From NCBI GenBank assembly GCA_048571215.1, contig CP182352.1:1984001-2048000 (forward strand): a stretch of DNA of 64,000 bases, written 5' to 3'. The notes below the pieces were generated by a model that saw nothing but the letters and a program-made list of their open reading frames with translations, searched no databases and was not told where the DNA came from. Below are positions 29,961 through 41,487 of this stretch, in pieces. How positions within the stretch are numbered: the first letter of the stretch is position 1; each line of letters starts with the position of its first letter. Source of the stretch: Halarcobacter sp. Its GTDB lineage: Bacteria > Campylobacterota > Campylobacteria > Campylobacterales > Arcobacteraceae. Both the position numbers and the translations under genes were made by a program.

Positions 29961-31250
29961 CTATAACTTTGATGAGACTATTTTATAAGTTACCTCTATC
30001 ATCTTTTCTAATTGTTCAAAAGTGAAACAATATGGTGGCATAAAATATAAAATATTTCCTAAAGGTCTTACATAAACCCCATCTTTAAGTGCTTCTTGAA
30101 AAATCTCTAAATTTATTCTTCTATTGTTATATTCTTTTAATTCAATAGCACATATCATTCCTCTTTGTCTAACTTCCAAAACATTTTTCAACTCTTTGAA
30201 CTTTTGTGTTTTCTCTTTTATAAAGGCAATTTTTTCTTTATTTTTTTCAATTATATTTTCATTTTCAAAAATATCTAATACAGCATTTGCAACTGCACAG
30301 GCAAGAGTATTTCCAGTATAAGAGTGTGAATCTAAAAAAGATTTTCCTTCATTGTAATCACAATAAAAAGCATTATAAATATCATCTGTAAACATTACAA
30401 CAGATAAAGGCATATATCCACCTGTAATGCCCTTTGATAAACATAAAAAATCTGGGCTTATATCTGCTTGTTCAATAGCAAACATAGTACCAGTTCTTCC
30501 AAAACCAACTGCAATCTCATCTACTATTAGAAATACCCCATACTCATCACAAAGTTTTCTAAGTTTTTTTATATAACTTGCATCATACATAAGCATACCT
30601 GCTGCACATTGAACTATTGGTTCAATCACTACAGAAGAGACATTGCCTTTGTTTTCCTCTAATACTCTTCTCATATCCTCAATTGCTTCATCTTCACTAA
30701 CAAGTGCTGGAGATTTTGCTTTTAAGGTTTTGATTAAAATATCATCATAGATATCTTTATATAATCCAGTATCTGAAACTGCCAAAGCTCCCATTGTTTC
30801 ACCGTGATATGAATTTTGCAATGATATAAATTGAGTTCTTGTCTCACCTTTGTTTTTAAAATACTGAAAAGCCATTTTTAAAGCTATCTCAATGGCACTT
30901 GAACCATTATCAGCAAAAAAGATTTTTTGTAAAGGCTTAGGAGTTAAATCAACTAATCTTTTAGCCAAAGTAACTGCTGGTTCGTGGGTGAATCCTGCAA
31001 AAATAACATGCTCCAAATCTTGAAGCTGTTCATTTATTTTTTTATTTATATACTCATTACTATGTCCAAAAATATTAACCCACCAAGAGCTTATACAATC
31101 TAAAAATTCATTTCCATCAAAATCTTTTATATAAGAACCCTTAGCACTTTTTATTGGAATAAGAGGAATAGTTTCATAATCTTTCATTTGGGAACAAGGG
31201 TGAAAAATATGTTTTAAGTCTTCTTTCATCAATTCATTATTTGTAATCAT
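29961..31250 (-). CDS. bioA: adenosylmethionine--8-amino-7-oxononanoate aminotransferase
   Basis: HPCSQM, SSWWV..FGH, YHGET, DEIAVGFGRTG, SKGITGGY. Confidence 0.95.
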   Translation of the reverse strand: MITNNELMKEDLKHIFHPCSQMKDYETIPLIPIKSAKGSYIKDFDGNEFLDCISSWWVNIFGHSNEYINKKINEQLQDLEHVIFAGFTHEPAVTLAKRLVDLTPKPLQKIFFADNGSSAIEIALKMAFQYFKNKGETRTQFISLQNSYHGETMGALAVSDTGLYKDIYDDILIKTLKAKSPALVSEDEAIEDMRRVLEENKGNVSSVVIEPIVQCAAGMLMYDASYIKKLRKLCDEYGVFLIVDEIAVGFGRTGTMFAIEQADISPDFLCLSKGITGGYMPLSVVMFTDDIYNAFYCDYNEGKSFLDSHSYTGNTLACAVANAVLDIFENENIIEKNKEKIAFIKEKTQKFKELKNVLEVRQRGMICAIELKEYNNRRINLEIFQEALKDGVYVRPLGNILYFMPPYCFTFEQLEKMIEVTYKIVSSKL

Positions 31251-31263
31251 AAATTATCCTCTC

Positions 31264-32994
31264 TTAGCTTTGCATTCCATTATTGGACTTTTTTCTTCTT
31301 TGGTAATAACTCTTATCTATTACTATGTTTTTTTGTTTCTCTTTTTTGCCATTATCTTTTTCTACAAAGATTTTTTTTCTAGTTACTGGGTCAAGTTCAG
31401 TATAATACATCACACTAGAATAGGTTCCAGGTGTCGGTGTAAACACTTGTGCTTGTTCTGGATTCATCTTTAGTTCATGGGTAGTAAACTGTTTTAACTC
31501 ATGCATATCCCTCTCTTCACACCCTGGGTGTGCTGCAATCAAATAATATGTTAAAAACTGTTTTTTCCCAGCTTCTTTGTTTAATCTATCATACATCTTT
31601 TTAAACTCAATAAGTGGTTGTTTCCCAGGTTTTCCCATTAGTTTTAAAACTCTATCTGAGGTGTGTTCAGGTGCAACTTTCATTTGACCTGAAATATGAT
31701 GATTTACAAGCTCTTTAAGATATTCATAACCATGTTTTTTATCTGCACTTATGAAGTCATATCTTAAACCAGAAGCTACAAAAGCTTTTTTAATCCCTGG
31801 AACTTGTCTAATATCTCTTAGAAGTTTCAAGTGTCTACTATGATCAACTTTCATAACCTTGCAAAGTCTATCAAAATCTACACATCTAATATCATCACAG
31901 GTACCCTTTTTAAGTTTTTTCCCACACTCATATCCATACATATTAGCAGTAGGCCCTCCAACATCTGAGATAACACCTTTGAAGTCTTTCATCTTGGTAA
32001 ACTCTTTTGCCTCTTCTAAGATATTTTTTTCACTTCTTGTTCTTATTGTTCGTCCTTGATGAACTCCAATTGCACAAAAATTACACTCTCCCCAACATCC
32101 GTGATGAGTTTGAATAGAAAACTTAATAGTCTCCAAACATTTTACTTTTCCTTGGGGTTTATGGTATGGGTGTAAATCCCTTTGATAAGGATACATTGCA
32201 ACTTCATCCATCTCTTTTTCATCTAAATAATCACAAGGTGGATTTTGAATAGAATATCTACTATCCACTTTTTGACAAAGACCTTTTGCATTTATTGGGT
32301 CATTGTTTTTATAAAACTCATCAAAAAGATCAATATATTTGTTTTTGTCTTTTAAACACTCATCATGACTTGGGATTTGAATATACTCCTCTACTGGCTC
32401 TTTAGAGATATAACATACTCCCCTAACCTCTTTAGGATCTTTACCTTCAGCTAGAGCCTTTGAAAACTCTTTAATAGCTATCTCTCCCATTCCATAGATT
32501 AGATAATCAGCCTTAGCATCAAAAAGTATTGGCTTTCTAAGTTTATTAGACCAAAAATCATAATGACTAACTCTTCTAAGACTTGCTTCAATCCCACCTA
32601 AAACAATAGGAACTGTATTTTTAAAATATCGTCTAATTAAATTAGTATATACCAATGTTGCCCTATCTGGTCTTTTATCATTTTTCCCACCAGGGGTATA
32701 ATCATCACTATTTCTAAACTTTTTTGTTGCCGTATAGTTTGAAACCATAGAGTCGATACTTCCACCACTTACACCCCAATATAGTTTTGGCTCACCAAGT
32801 CTTGTTATATCATCATTTTTTACATCAGGTTGTCCAATAATACCAACTTTAAAACCTAGTTTTTCAAGTATTCGTCCAACTACTGCAACACCTATAAAAG
32901 GTGAATCAATATATGCATCTCCACTTATTAGGATTACATCACATTGTTCCCAGCCCCTTTTATCCATTTCCTCTTTTGTTGTGGGTAAAAACAT
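31264..32994 (-). CDS. YgiQ-family radical SAM protein
   Basis: GDAYIDSP, DSMV.NYT, GCWGECNFC radical SAM motif, APEH, AAHPG. Confidence 0.93.
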   Translation of the reverse strand: MFLPTTKEEMDKRGWEQCDVILISGDAYIDSPFIGVAVVGRILEKLGFKVGIIGQPDVKNDDITRLGEPKLYWGVSGGSIDSMVSNYTATKKFRNSDDYTPGGKNDKRPDRATLVYTNLIRRYFKNTVPIVLGGIEASLRRVSHYDFWSNKLRKPILFDAKADYLIYGMGEIAIKEFSKALAEGKDPKEVRGVCYISKEPVEEYIQIPSHDECLKDKNKYIDLFDEFYKNNDPINAKGLCQKVDSRYSIQNPPCDYLDEKEMDEVAMYPYQRDLHPYHKPQGKVKCLETIKFSIQTHHGCWGECNFCAIGVHQGRTIRTRSEKNILEEAKEFTKMKDFKGVISDVGGPTANMYGYECGKKLKKGTCDDIRCVDFDRLCKVMKVDHSRHLKLLRDIRQVPGIKKAFVASGLRYDFISADKKHGYEYLKELVNHHISGQMKVAPEHTSDRVLKLMGKPGKQPLIEFKKMYDRLNKEAGKKQFLTYYLIAAHPGCEERDMHELKQFTTHELKMNPEQAQVFTPTPGTYSSVMYYTELDPVTRKKIFVEKDNGKKEKQKNIVIDKSYYQRRKKSNNGMQS

Positions 32995-33004
32995 TTAACT
33001 TCTT

Positions 33005-33802
33005 TTAAATTTTTCTTGCTAGTTTTCTAGCTAGCATGTATATATTGGATTTCCACTCATGAGCAAAAATATTATTCTCTATAATCTTAGCACCTATATG
33101 CCCTGCTAAAGATTGTGCAATCTCATAGGATTTATCTTCTTTTATAATTATTTTTCGAAGATTCTTTTTTCGTGCAAATCTAATAAAATCAGGGACCTCT
33201 TTTATACTTAAATATTTGTATTTATTTTTGTAAACTTTTAACCTAAACCTTGCTGCTAAATAATCCCAATAGTCTCCATAAGTTAAAAAGCCATACACTT
33301 CACTATTTAAAATATCACTTCTCATATCTAAATAGAGTTCATCCAATTCCTTTAAAAACTTATCTAGGTTTTCTTTAAAAAACACTCTATCTTCCCTTTG
33401 AACCTTTATTAATTGCTCATAAATATTTTTTGCAATCTTTCTAACCAATAAAGGATCCATCCAAACATAAGGGTTTTCTTTATTGTTTAATTTTATCTTT
33501 TTTATACCCTTTGTTATATCTACTACTTTTAAATAACTATTTTTAGATAAAAAAAGTTTTGATAATTCTTTTTCATTTTCCATTCCAAAGGTAAAATAAA
33601 ATTTGCTATTAGAGAGCTTATTTACAACTCTACTATCTTTTTTTTCAAACTTATTTTTACTTTCATAAACAGTTCTAATATAAACTTTATTTAATGCAAT
33701 TTTTTCTATAAAATATTCTTGAACTGGGTAAGTTACAGTTATAACTGTATTTGAAAAAAGGTAAAGGGGGAGGAACAATAATATAAGTAATAGTTTATAC
33801 AT
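33005..33802 (-). CDS. ZnuA/TroA-like solute-binding protein, degenerate metal site
   Basis: TVTYP...FIEKI, NPYVWMDP, YLA.RF.L fold motifs; His ligands apparently replaced. Confidence 0.7.
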   Translation of the reverse strand: MYKLLLILLFLPLYLFSNTVITVTYPVQEYFIEKIALNKVYIRTVYESKNKFEKKDSRVVNKLSNSKFYFTFGMENEKELSKLFLSKNSYLKVVDITKGIKKIKLNNKENPYVWMDPLLVRKIAKNIYEQLIKVQREDRVFFKENLDKFLKELDELYLDMRSDILNSEVYGFLTYGDYWDYLAARFRLKVYKNKYKYLSIKEVPDFIRFARKKNLRKIIIKEDKSYEIAQSLAGHIGAKIIENNIFAHEWKSNIYMLARKLARKI

Positions 33803-33825
33803 ATTATTGTCCTTTTATTATAGGC

Positions 33826-35592
33826 TTAAGCCTCTAGGTTTTTTCTAACTCTAATGTTTAATTCTTTTAATTGTTCATTATCTACGCCACTTGGAGCTTG
33901 CGTTAATAAACATTGTGCTCTTTGAGTTTTAGGGAAAGCTATAACATCTCTAATAGAATCAGTACCTGCAAGTAACATAATCATTCTATCAAATCCCATT
34001 GCAAATCCACCATGACTAGGAGCACCATATTTTAATGCTTCAAGTAAGAAACCAAATTTTTCTTGAGCTTCTTCATCAGAGATTCCCATTAGTTCAAATA
34101 CTTTTGATTGGATCTCCTCTTTATGAATTCTTATTGACCCACCACCAAGCTCTGTACCATTTAAAACAATATCATATGCAATTGATTCTAACTCTTCTAA
34201 ATCTTCAATATTATCTAAATCAAATTTATCTAAATTTGGCATAGTAAATGGATGGTGTAAAGCTTTTGTTCTACCATCTTCAATCTCAAACATAGGGAAA
34301 TCAACAACCCATACAAACTCGAAGGCATCTTGAGGAATAATATCCATTTGCTCTGCAAGATATAATCTAAATCTTCCCATATAATCACATACAGTTTTTT
34401 TATCACCAGCTCCAAAGAATACAACATCTCCTACTTCTAATTGTGTTGTTTTAACAATAGCTTCTAAATCATCTTCGCTAAAGAATTTAGTTAAAGGACC
34501 TTTCAATCCATCCTCTTTCATTTGGAAATACCCAAGTCCTTTTGCTCCAAATTTTCTTACATAGTCTTCAAAACCTTTCATTTGTCTTTTTGAGAAAATA
34601 TTATCCCCATTTGGACATCTTAAAGCTTTGATTCTATTGTTTTTAGTATCTTTTGCAATTGAAGCAAAAATCTCATTTGTAGAGTTAGCAAAAATATCAA
34701 TCACATCAACCATAGCCATATCAAATCTTAAATCTGGTTTATCAGAACCATATTTTTCCATTGCATCTTTATAAGTCATTCTTGGGAAAGTTGTAGGAAC
34801 ATCTTTTCCACATGCTTTAAATGTATCATGGATAAGTTTTTCAGCTACATTTATAACATCTTCTTGAGAACAAAAACTCATCTCAACATCTATTTGAGTA
34901 AATTCTGGTTGTCTATCTGCTCTTAAATCTTCATCTCTAAAACATTTTGCTATTTGAAAATATTTATCAAATCCAGATACCATTAAAAGTTGTTTAAATA
35001 ATTGTGGTGATTGAGGCAATGCATAAAACTCACCTGGATGAACTCTACTTGGTACAAGATAATCTCTAGCACCTTCTGGTGTTGATTTTGTTAAAATTGG
35101 AGTTTCTACATCTAAAAATCCAAGCTCATTTAAACAATTTCTAACTGCAATATTCGCTGTACTTCTTAGTTTGAAAATATCGTATGATCTTTTAGTTCTA
35201 AGCTCTAGAAATCTATTTTTTAATCTAATCTCTTCATTTACTTTTTCATCACCTAATTCAAATGGCATAGGTTTTGATCTGTTTTCTATTACTAAGTTAT
35301 CAACAACAATCTCGATTTTACCAGTTACAAGATTTGGATTTTCTAATCCCTCACCTCTTGCTCTTACTTTTCCAGTAGCAATCAAAACAAATTCATCTCT
35401 AACACTATCTGCTACTTTCCATGCGTCTTCATTGTCTGTAGGGTCACAAACAAGTTGAACTAAACCACCTTTATCTCTTAAATCTATAAATATAATTCCA
35501 CCATGGTCTCTTCTACTATTAACCCAACCTGCAACAGTTACAATCTCATCAATATTTTTTTCAGTTACTTCAGTACAATAATGCGTTCTCAA
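33826..35592 (-). CDS. aspS: aspartate--tRNA ligase
   Basis: [45 protein letters not shown] start. Confidence 0.98.
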   Translation of the reverse strand: MRTHYCTEVTEKNIDEIVTVAGWVNSRRDHGGIIFIDLRDKGGLVQLVCDPTDNEDAWKVADSVRDEFVLIATGKVRARGEGLENPNLVTGKIEIVVDNLVIENRSKPMPFELGDEKVNEEIRLKNRFLELRTKRSYDIFKLRSTANIAVRNCLNELGFLDVETPILTKSTPEGARDYLVPSRVHPGEFYALPQSPQLFKQLLMVSGFDKYFQIAKCFRDEDLRADRQPEFTQIDVEMSFCSQEDVINVAEKLIHDTFKACGKDVPTTFPRMTYKDAMEKYGSDKPDLRFDMAMVDVIDIFANSTNEIFASIAKDTKNNRIKALRCPNGDNIFSKRQMKGFEDYVRKFGAKGLGYFQMKEDGLKGPLTKFFSEDDLEAIVKTTQLEVGDVVFFGAGDKKTVCDYMGRFRLYLAEQMDIIPQDAFEFVWVVDFPMFEIEDGRTKALHHPFTMPNLDKFDLDNIEDLEELESIAYDIVLNGTELGGGSIRIHKEEIQSKVFELMGISDEEAQEKFGFLLEALKYGAPSHGGFAMGFDRMIMLLAGTDSIRDVIAFPKTQRAQCLLTQAPSGVDNEQLKELNIRVRKNLEA

Positions 35593-35648
35593 AACTTGAC
35601 TCCGTCTTTTATTAAATTAACGCGATTTTATCTAAAATTTACTTAGGT

Positions 35649-36761
35649 TTAATTTAGTTCTATTTTTTCAAAACCATAAGCAGTACTCTTATATAAAACT
35701 AGTTGGTATTGTGCTTGATTATCAATAACCTCAGTTTTAACAATCTCTGGGTCATTATTTAAAAAATAATTTACCCCCACCAAGGAAGAATAATCAACCC
35801 AATTATATACAATATCAGCCCCCAATAAAGAAGTATACTCTTCAATAAAACTATCACTTTCAGCTATAGAATTTACTACAAAAAAATTCGTTCTATCGAT
35901 ATCTTGAGTTAATTTTATCAAAAGTGGGTCATAATTTAATTGAGTAGATAAAATATTTATAGGTTCAATCTCATAGGCTGTTAATTGAGACATTATTATA
36001 GATGATTTTATTATAGGAGTATTTAACATAACAGTGCTTCCTTTTAATCTTTCATCATCCATTATATATTTGTATTGATTATTGCTTCTTTCAATTTTTT
36101 TAATATTTGTATTTAGACCAAAAATCGATATATAAGAATCTCTAAGTTTATTTCCAATATAAGACTCTACATAAAACATACTATTGTTTTCACTTGAAAG
36201 AGAGTGTAATAATTCTAATTGTTTATCATAAGAGATACCACCAAAAGAGAAGTTTTCATTATCTGTTTCTATCTCATTTTTATTTATCAAAGAAAAATAT
36301 ATCTTCATATCATCAAGTTCTGTTGCTTGGTTTAAAATATTAAACCCAATTTGTGTATTTAAAGATATTACTTTTTTAAAACCTTTCTCTTTAATCTTTT
36401 CCAATTGAAAATTGATATTATTTGGATTTTCATCTATAGTATCAAATGTTTCAAAAATAAAAGGTTTTTTTGTAAATATAAGATATGAAGTTAATGTACT
36501 TATAGTACTTTTTGCATAGGGACCTACAACTTGAGAAGGATAAATAAGTGCAATTCTATTATATGCATCCTCTTCAACCACTTGCGGTTTTTCAATGACA
36601 GGTTTAACTATTTCTCCAACAAGTTCATCATAAGACTGAAGAATTTTTTCCTCTTTTACTATTTTAGGTTTATTTGTTTTTTTTGGTGTAATTACAATAG
36701 TTTTTTGTGTACATCCAACAAAAAAGAACCCTATAATTAATAAACTTAGTATATTTTTCAA
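35649..36761 (-). CDS. hypothetical lipoprotein (periplasmic-binding-like fold suspected)
   Basis: Lipobox FVGC; 370-aa ORF. Confidence 0.65.
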   Translation of the reverse strand: MKNILSLLIIGFFFVGCTQKTIVITPKKTNKPKIVKEEKILQSYDELVGEIVKPVIEKPQVVEEDAYNRIALIYPSQVVGPYAKSTISTLTSYLIFTKKPFIFETFDTIDENPNNINFQLEKIKEKGFKKVISLNTQIGFNILNQATELDDMKIYFSLINKNEIETDNENFSFGGISYDKQLELLHSLSSENNSMFYVESYIGNKLRDSYISIFGLNTNIKKIERSNNQYKYIMDDERLKGSTVMLNTPIIKSSIIMSQLTAYEIEPINILSTQLNYDPLLIKLTQDIDRTNFFVVNSIAESDSFIEEYTSLLGADIVYNWVDYSSLVGVNYFLNNDPEIVKTEVIDNQAQYQLVLYKSTAYGFEKIELN

Positions 36762-37423
36762 TTTGACTCCAAAATAGATTTTATTTTTAACATATCATGA
36801 AAGGCTTCTTTTTTAGCAGAAGGATTTCTTATAAGAAAACTTGCACTAAAAGTAGGAAGCAACATATAGTTTTTGAAATTTATAACTTGACCTCTAATTT
36901 GATTAAAGTTTTGTTTATCATTGTATAAGTAGTGATAACTCTTTTCTCCTAAAGTTACAATTAATTTAGGTTTTATCAAATCAATTTGTTTATGTAAATA
37001 GGAACTACAACTGCTATAATGAGAACTCTCTATACCATTTAAACTTTTACATTTAACCAAATTTGTTATATATATATCCTCTTTTTTCAAGGGTAAAACA
37101 TTTTCAATCATTTTTCTTAAAAGTTCACCACTTTTGCCTACAAAAAAACTATTTAGTTCATCTTCACTTTTTGTTGGCTCATCACCAATAAACATTAAAG
37201 TTGCATTTACATTACCTTCACCAAAAAGAACATTTTTTCTTGATTTTGATAATTCACATAAGTGGCAATTATTAACAATAGAATTTAAATCTATCATATT
37301 ATTAGGTAATTCATGGGAATTTACATCATTATTTAATAATTTAATATTAGCATGATAATCATACCCCATTGATTTAAGAAAATTTAATTGATATAAAATT
37401 TTATTTTTTACGGCTTTTGTCAT
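36758..37423 (-). CDS. uracil-DNA glycosylase family 4-like protein
   Basis: C..C.L...R...FGEG, YITNLVKC, LIVTLG motifs; start moved to ATG 37423. Confidence 0.8.
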   Translation of the reverse strand: MTKAVKNKILYQLNFLKSMGYDYHANIKLLNNDVNSHELPNNMIDLNSIVNNCHLCELSKSRKNVLFGEGNVNATLMFIGDEPTKSEDELNSFFVGKSGELLRKMIENVLPLKKEDIYITNLVKCKSLNGIESSHYSSCSSYLHKQIDLIKPKLIVTLGEKSYHYLYNDKQNFNQIRGQVINFKNYMLLPTFSASFLIRNPSAKKEAFHDMLKIKSILESN

Positions 37424-37481
37424 GCAAAATTGTACAAGAAAAGTACTTTTGAATATATTATTTAAAGAAAATATTTTATAT

Positions 37482-38735
37482 TTACAAAATCTCACCATCA
37501 TCTAAGATAATATTATTTCTACCTTTTTCTTTTGCCAAATATAAAAGCTCATCCGCTTTTTTCATCGTTTCATCATAAGAACTATATTTTTTTCTAAAAG
37601 TAACTCCCGCACTAAACCTTACATCTATTTTATTTTCATTTGCAACAAACTTGTTATTAGAGATAATATTTTTTACTCTTTGAAGATAGTTTTTAACTTC
37701 GATTTCATTGCCATAATGGATTAAAGCAATAAACTCTTCTCCTCCATATCTTGAAATGATATCACCTGATCGTGTAAGTTTATTTAGAATATTTGCAAAT
37801 TTAGTAAGTATTATATCACCTGATTCATGTCCATAGGTATCATTGATTTTTTTAAAAAAATCTATATCATAAAATATAATCGCATAATATGAATCAAAAA
37901 CATTATATTCATTTTCAATACGTTCAAGTTCGTTCATATATGCACGTCTAGTTAAAGTTCCAGTTAAAAAATCTGTAGATTTTTCCTCTTCTGCTTTACT
38001 TAGATTATATTGTAAAATCTCAATTTGCTCATATAAATCAACACACTTAGCTTGGTTTTCATCTAAAAGTGTGGTACTATTTATCAAAGCAGTTTCAAAC
38101 TTATTTACAATTTTCAACATCTCATCTTGTAAATGTTTTATCTGTTCTTGTGATGAATTTGAAAGATTTAGATTTTCTAAATCATCTTTTATCTTTAAAA
38201 CTTCATCTTTCGTAGTATCATGTTCTAATATCACATTTTTTAAATGTTTTTCAAAAAAATCTATCAAAAGTTTTATATCAGTAGTTTTTTCTTCAAATAA
38301 TTGTTTATCTAATTGAACTCTTTTATCTGTGTACATTCTTAGAGTTCTCATAGTATCATCATTTACTAAAGTGTGTGGTTTTTTTGCAATATTAAATATG
38401 AGGTCTTGAAGTTTATTACTATTATAAGTTGCAACAGAAGGAGATACAAAATATATAAAATGCTTTAAAAATTGTTTTAATTCTTGATTTGAGACTCTAT
38501 TACTTAAAATTTTTGCTAAATTTAAAGTAGTTTTATCTTTATTGAAAAAAGAAAGTTTTTCATTCACATCTAAAGAATCAATAAGATATTGAAACTCTTC
38601 ATGATCTTCTAAAATAATATCACTATCTGATAATAAAGAGTAAAACTCTTTTTCAAAATTACTAGGGGTAATTAATATATTATTATTTTTTAAATTTTTT
38701 AGTGCTATTTCTAATAATAATGTAATACTCTTCAT
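37482..38735 (-). CDS. diguanylate cyclase (GGDEF)
   Basis: DFLTG, DIDFFKKINDTYGH..GD, RxxD I-site, RYGGEEF. Confidence 0.92.
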   Translation of the reverse strand: MKSITLLLEIALKNLKNNNILITPSNFEKEFYSLLSDSDIILEDHEEFQYLIDSLDVNEKLSFFNKDKTTLNLAKILSNRVSNQELKQFLKHFIYFVSPSVATYNSNKLQDLIFNIAKKPHTLVNDDTMRTLRMYTDKRVQLDKQLFEEKTTDIKLLIDFFEKHLKNVILEHDTTKDEVLKIKDDLENLNLSNSSQEQIKHLQDEMLKIVNKFETALINSTTLLDENQAKCVDLYEQIEILQYNLSKAEEEKSTDFLTGTLTRRAYMNELERIENEYNVFDSYYAIIFYDIDFFKKINDTYGHESGDIILTKFANILNKLTRSGDIISRYGGEEFIALIHYGNEIEVKNYLQRVKNIISNNKFVANENKIDVRFSAGVTFRKKYSSYDETMKKADELLYLAKEKGRNNIILDDGEIL

Positions 38736-38817
38736 TACTTTACTCTTTTATATTATAATGAAAAGTATAACATATTAGAAATAAAAATAGGAGATTGAAC
38801 TTATTGTAAACAACCTC

Positions 38818-39036
38818 TTATTTATATCTGTGAGTAATTCTACCCTTATCTAATGAATATGGTGTAATCTCTACTTTAACTTTATCACCAGGTAATATTT
38901 TAATGTAGTGCATTCTCATTTTTCCTGAGATATGACATAATACAACATGACCATTATCTAACTCAACTCTAAACATAGCATTAGGTAAAGCTTCAATCAC
39001 TTTTCCATCAATTACTATTACATCATCTTTTGCCAC
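38818..39036 (-). CDS. infA: translation initiation factor IF-1
   Basis: MAKDDVI...LPNAMFRV...SGKMR...YI. Confidence 0.98.
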   Translation of the reverse strand: MAKDDVIVIDGKVIEALPNAMFRVELDNGHVVLCHISGKMRMHYIKILPGDKVKVEITPYSLDKGRITHRYK

Positions 39037-39050
39037 TTTTTCTCCTAAGT

Positions 39051-39815
39051 TTATTCTTCTACTTGACTTAATATAACTGCTTTTCCATCAATTACAGCAA
39101 CTGTATGCTCATAGTGACTACCTCTTAATCCATCTTCACTTACAACATCCCATTCATTTTCTAAAATAACTGGCTCTCGTAATTTCTGACAAATCATTGG
39201 TTCTAAACAAAAAACCATACCATTTTTGATTTTTGGTCCTGATTTAATATTTGGAGCATCAACATAATTTGGAATCTCTGGTTCAGTATGGGGTTTTTTA
39301 CCTATACCATGACCACAAAATCTAATCAAAGGTTGATAACCTCTATCTACTATGAAGTTTTCAATCTCTTTTGAAAGCTCTTTAAATCTCATACCCTCTT
39401 TGATTATGTCTATTGCATAATATAAAGCATCTTTTGAGCATGCTATTAAATCTTCATCCTCTTTTGAGATTTTTCCTATAGGCATAGTAATTGCTGCATC
39501 ACCATACCAGCCATCGATTTCACTACCTATATCTAAGCCTAAAATATCACCCTCTTTTAAAACTTTATCATCAGGAATACCATGAATAATAACTTCATTT
39601 AAAGAGGTACAAACACCTGCAGGGAAACCATAAAGACCTTTAAATGCAGGTCGTGCATTAAGAGTAGCTAAATACTCTTCTCCCATTGCATTCACTTCAT
39701 TTAATGTCATACCAGCTTTTACATTTTGTTTTAGATAGTTTAGAGTCTTCGCCACTGCTTGAGAAGCAGTGCGAAGCTTAGAAATTTCGTTAGGTTTTCT
39801 TAAAGGAATAGCCAT
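39051..39815 (-). CDS. map: methionine aminopeptidase type I
   Basis: HGIP, D.G...GD, GHGIG, EPM, HYEHT. Confidence 0.97.
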   Translation of the reverse strand: MAIPLRKPNEISKLRTASQAVAKTLNYLKQNVKAGMTLNEVNAMGEEYLATLNARPAFKGLYGFPAGVCTSLNEVIIHGIPDDKVLKEGDILGLDIGSEIDGWYGDAAITMPIGKISKEDEDLIACSKDALYYAIDIIKEGMRFKELSKEIENFIVDRGYQPLIRFCGHGIGKKPHTEPEIPNYVDAPNIKSGPKIKNGMVFCLEPMICQKLREPVILENEWDVVSEDGLRGSHYEHTVAVIDGKAVILSQVEE

Positions 39816-39820
39816 AAGTT

Positions 39821-41083
39821 TTACAGTCCAACTGCACTTAAAGTTTCATATTTATTCATATATTGCTGTGCTTCAATTTTTCTCATAGTATCAATTGCAA
39901 CTTGAACTACGATAAGAACTGCAACCCCACCAAAATAGAATGGAACTCCCATAGCTTTTACTAAAAGCCAAGGTACAGTTGAAACTAGCCCCATATAGAT
40001 AGCTCCCCAAAAAGTTAGTCTACTTGCTGTTTCATTTAAAAATGCTGCAGTTCCTTCTCCAGGTCTAATACCAGGGATAAAACCACCTTGTTTTTTTAAG
40101 TTTTCTGAAATATCTTTTGCATTAAATGTAATTGATGCATAAAAGAATGCAAAAAATACTACAAATAAGAACATTAGAAAGTTAAATGTATATGATGTAG
40201 GACTTAAAAAATCTGCAACCATTAAAAGGTATTTATTTTGGCTACCTTGTAATACTGTTGCAGGAAACATTAAAATTGCACTTGCAAAAATTGCTGGGAT
40301 AACACCAGATAAGTTAACTTTGATTGGAATATAATTCATAACTCTTTTTTTCTGATTTTGCATCATAACTTTTCTAGAGTATGAAATAGGAACTCTTCTT
40401 TCACCCAATTCAACATAAATAATAGCTCCAACTGTTGCTAATACAATAACTAATATTGCAATAACAGTTAAGAAATTCATTTGTCCATTATTAACTAAAT
40501 CAATTGTACCACCTACTGCACCTGGAATTGCCGAAACAATACCTGCAAAGATAATAAGTGAGATACCGTTACCAATACCTTTTTGTGTGATTTGTTCACC
40601 AATCCACATTAAAAGCATAGTACCAGTTACCATTGAGATAGAAGATACTGCTACAAATACATCCATATCTATTGAGATAGCACCTTGACCATTTTGACCA
40701 GTTAATGAATTAAGACCCATAGATACACCAATAGATTGGATAAGTGTAATTACAATTGTTGCATATCTAATGATTTGCATATATTTTTGCATACCATCTT
40801 TTTCTTTTTTCATTTTACCAAGTGCGGGGAAAGTTGCTGCTAGAAGCTCCATAATAATCGAAGCTGTAATATAAGGCATAATACCTAGTGAGATAATACT
40901 TAGTCTAGAAACTGCATTACCACTAAACATATTTACAAGACCTAGTGCGTTGTTTGCGTTTGAATCGAAGAACTCTTTTACTACGTCTATGTTCACTCCA
41001 GGAACTGGCACATAAGCCAGTAACCTATAGAGTAAAATAAAACCTAATGTAATAAGAATCTTATTTATTAGATCTTTATTCAT
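39821..41083 (-). CDS. secY: preprotein translocase SecY
   Basis: LGIMPYITASII, GIGNGISLII, GGFIPGIRPG. Confidence 0.98.
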   Translation of the reverse strand: MNKDLINKILITLGFILLYRLLAYVPVPGVNIDVVKEFFDSNANNALGLVNMFSGNAVSRLSIISLGIMPYITASIIMELLAATFPALGKMKKEKDGMQKYMQIIRYATIVITLIQSIGVSMGLNSLTGQNGQGAISIDMDVFVAVSSISMVTGTMLLMWIGEQITQKGIGNGISLIIFAGIVSAIPGAVGGTIDLVNNGQMNFLTVIAILVIVLATVGAIIYVELGERRVPISYSRKVMMQNQKKRVMNYIPIKVNLSGVIPAIFASAILMFPATVLQGSQNKYLLMVADFLSPTSYTFNFLMFLFVVFFAFFYASITFNAKDISENLKKQGGFIPGIRPGEGTAAFLNETASRLTFWGAIYMGLVSTVPWLLVKAMGVPFYFGGVAVLIVVQVAIDTMRKIEAQQYMNKYETLSAVGL

Positions 41084-41085
41084 AA

Positions 41086-41484
41086 TTATTTACCAGTAGT
41101 AGTTACGTTTTCGTCTTTAATCTTAGATGCTAAATCTTTAGCAGCTGAACCGATTAATTTAACTTTAGTAACGCTTCTTGATAGTTTGTATACCGATTTA
41201 ATTGATTCAACTGTAATTTCTTCAAGTGCTGCCACTTGTTTTATTCTATCTACATTGATTGAATATGGTTTTTCTACTCTAGAAGTAAAACCAACTTTTG
41301 GAAGTCTTTTATAGATTGGTTGTTGACCACCCTCAAAACCTCTTTTGATTTTATATCCAGATCTAGCTTTTTGACCTTTGTTACCTTTACCGGCAGTTTT
41401 ACCAGTTCCAGAACCTTGACCTCTACCTAGTCTCTTAACATTTTTTGTACTACCATCTGCTGCTTTTAAATTATCTAATGCCAC
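41086..41484 (-). CDS. rplO: 50S ribosomal protein L15
   Basis: GRGQGSG.GKT, GFEGGQ.P. Confidence 0.97.
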   Translation of the reverse strand: MALDNLKAADGSTKNVKRLGRGQGSGTGKTAGKGNKGQKARSGYKIKRGFEGGQQPIYKRLPKVGFTSRVEKPYSINVDRIKQVAALEEITVESIKSVYKLSRSVTKVKLIGSAAKDLASKIKDENVTTTGK

Positions 41485-41487
41485 ATC

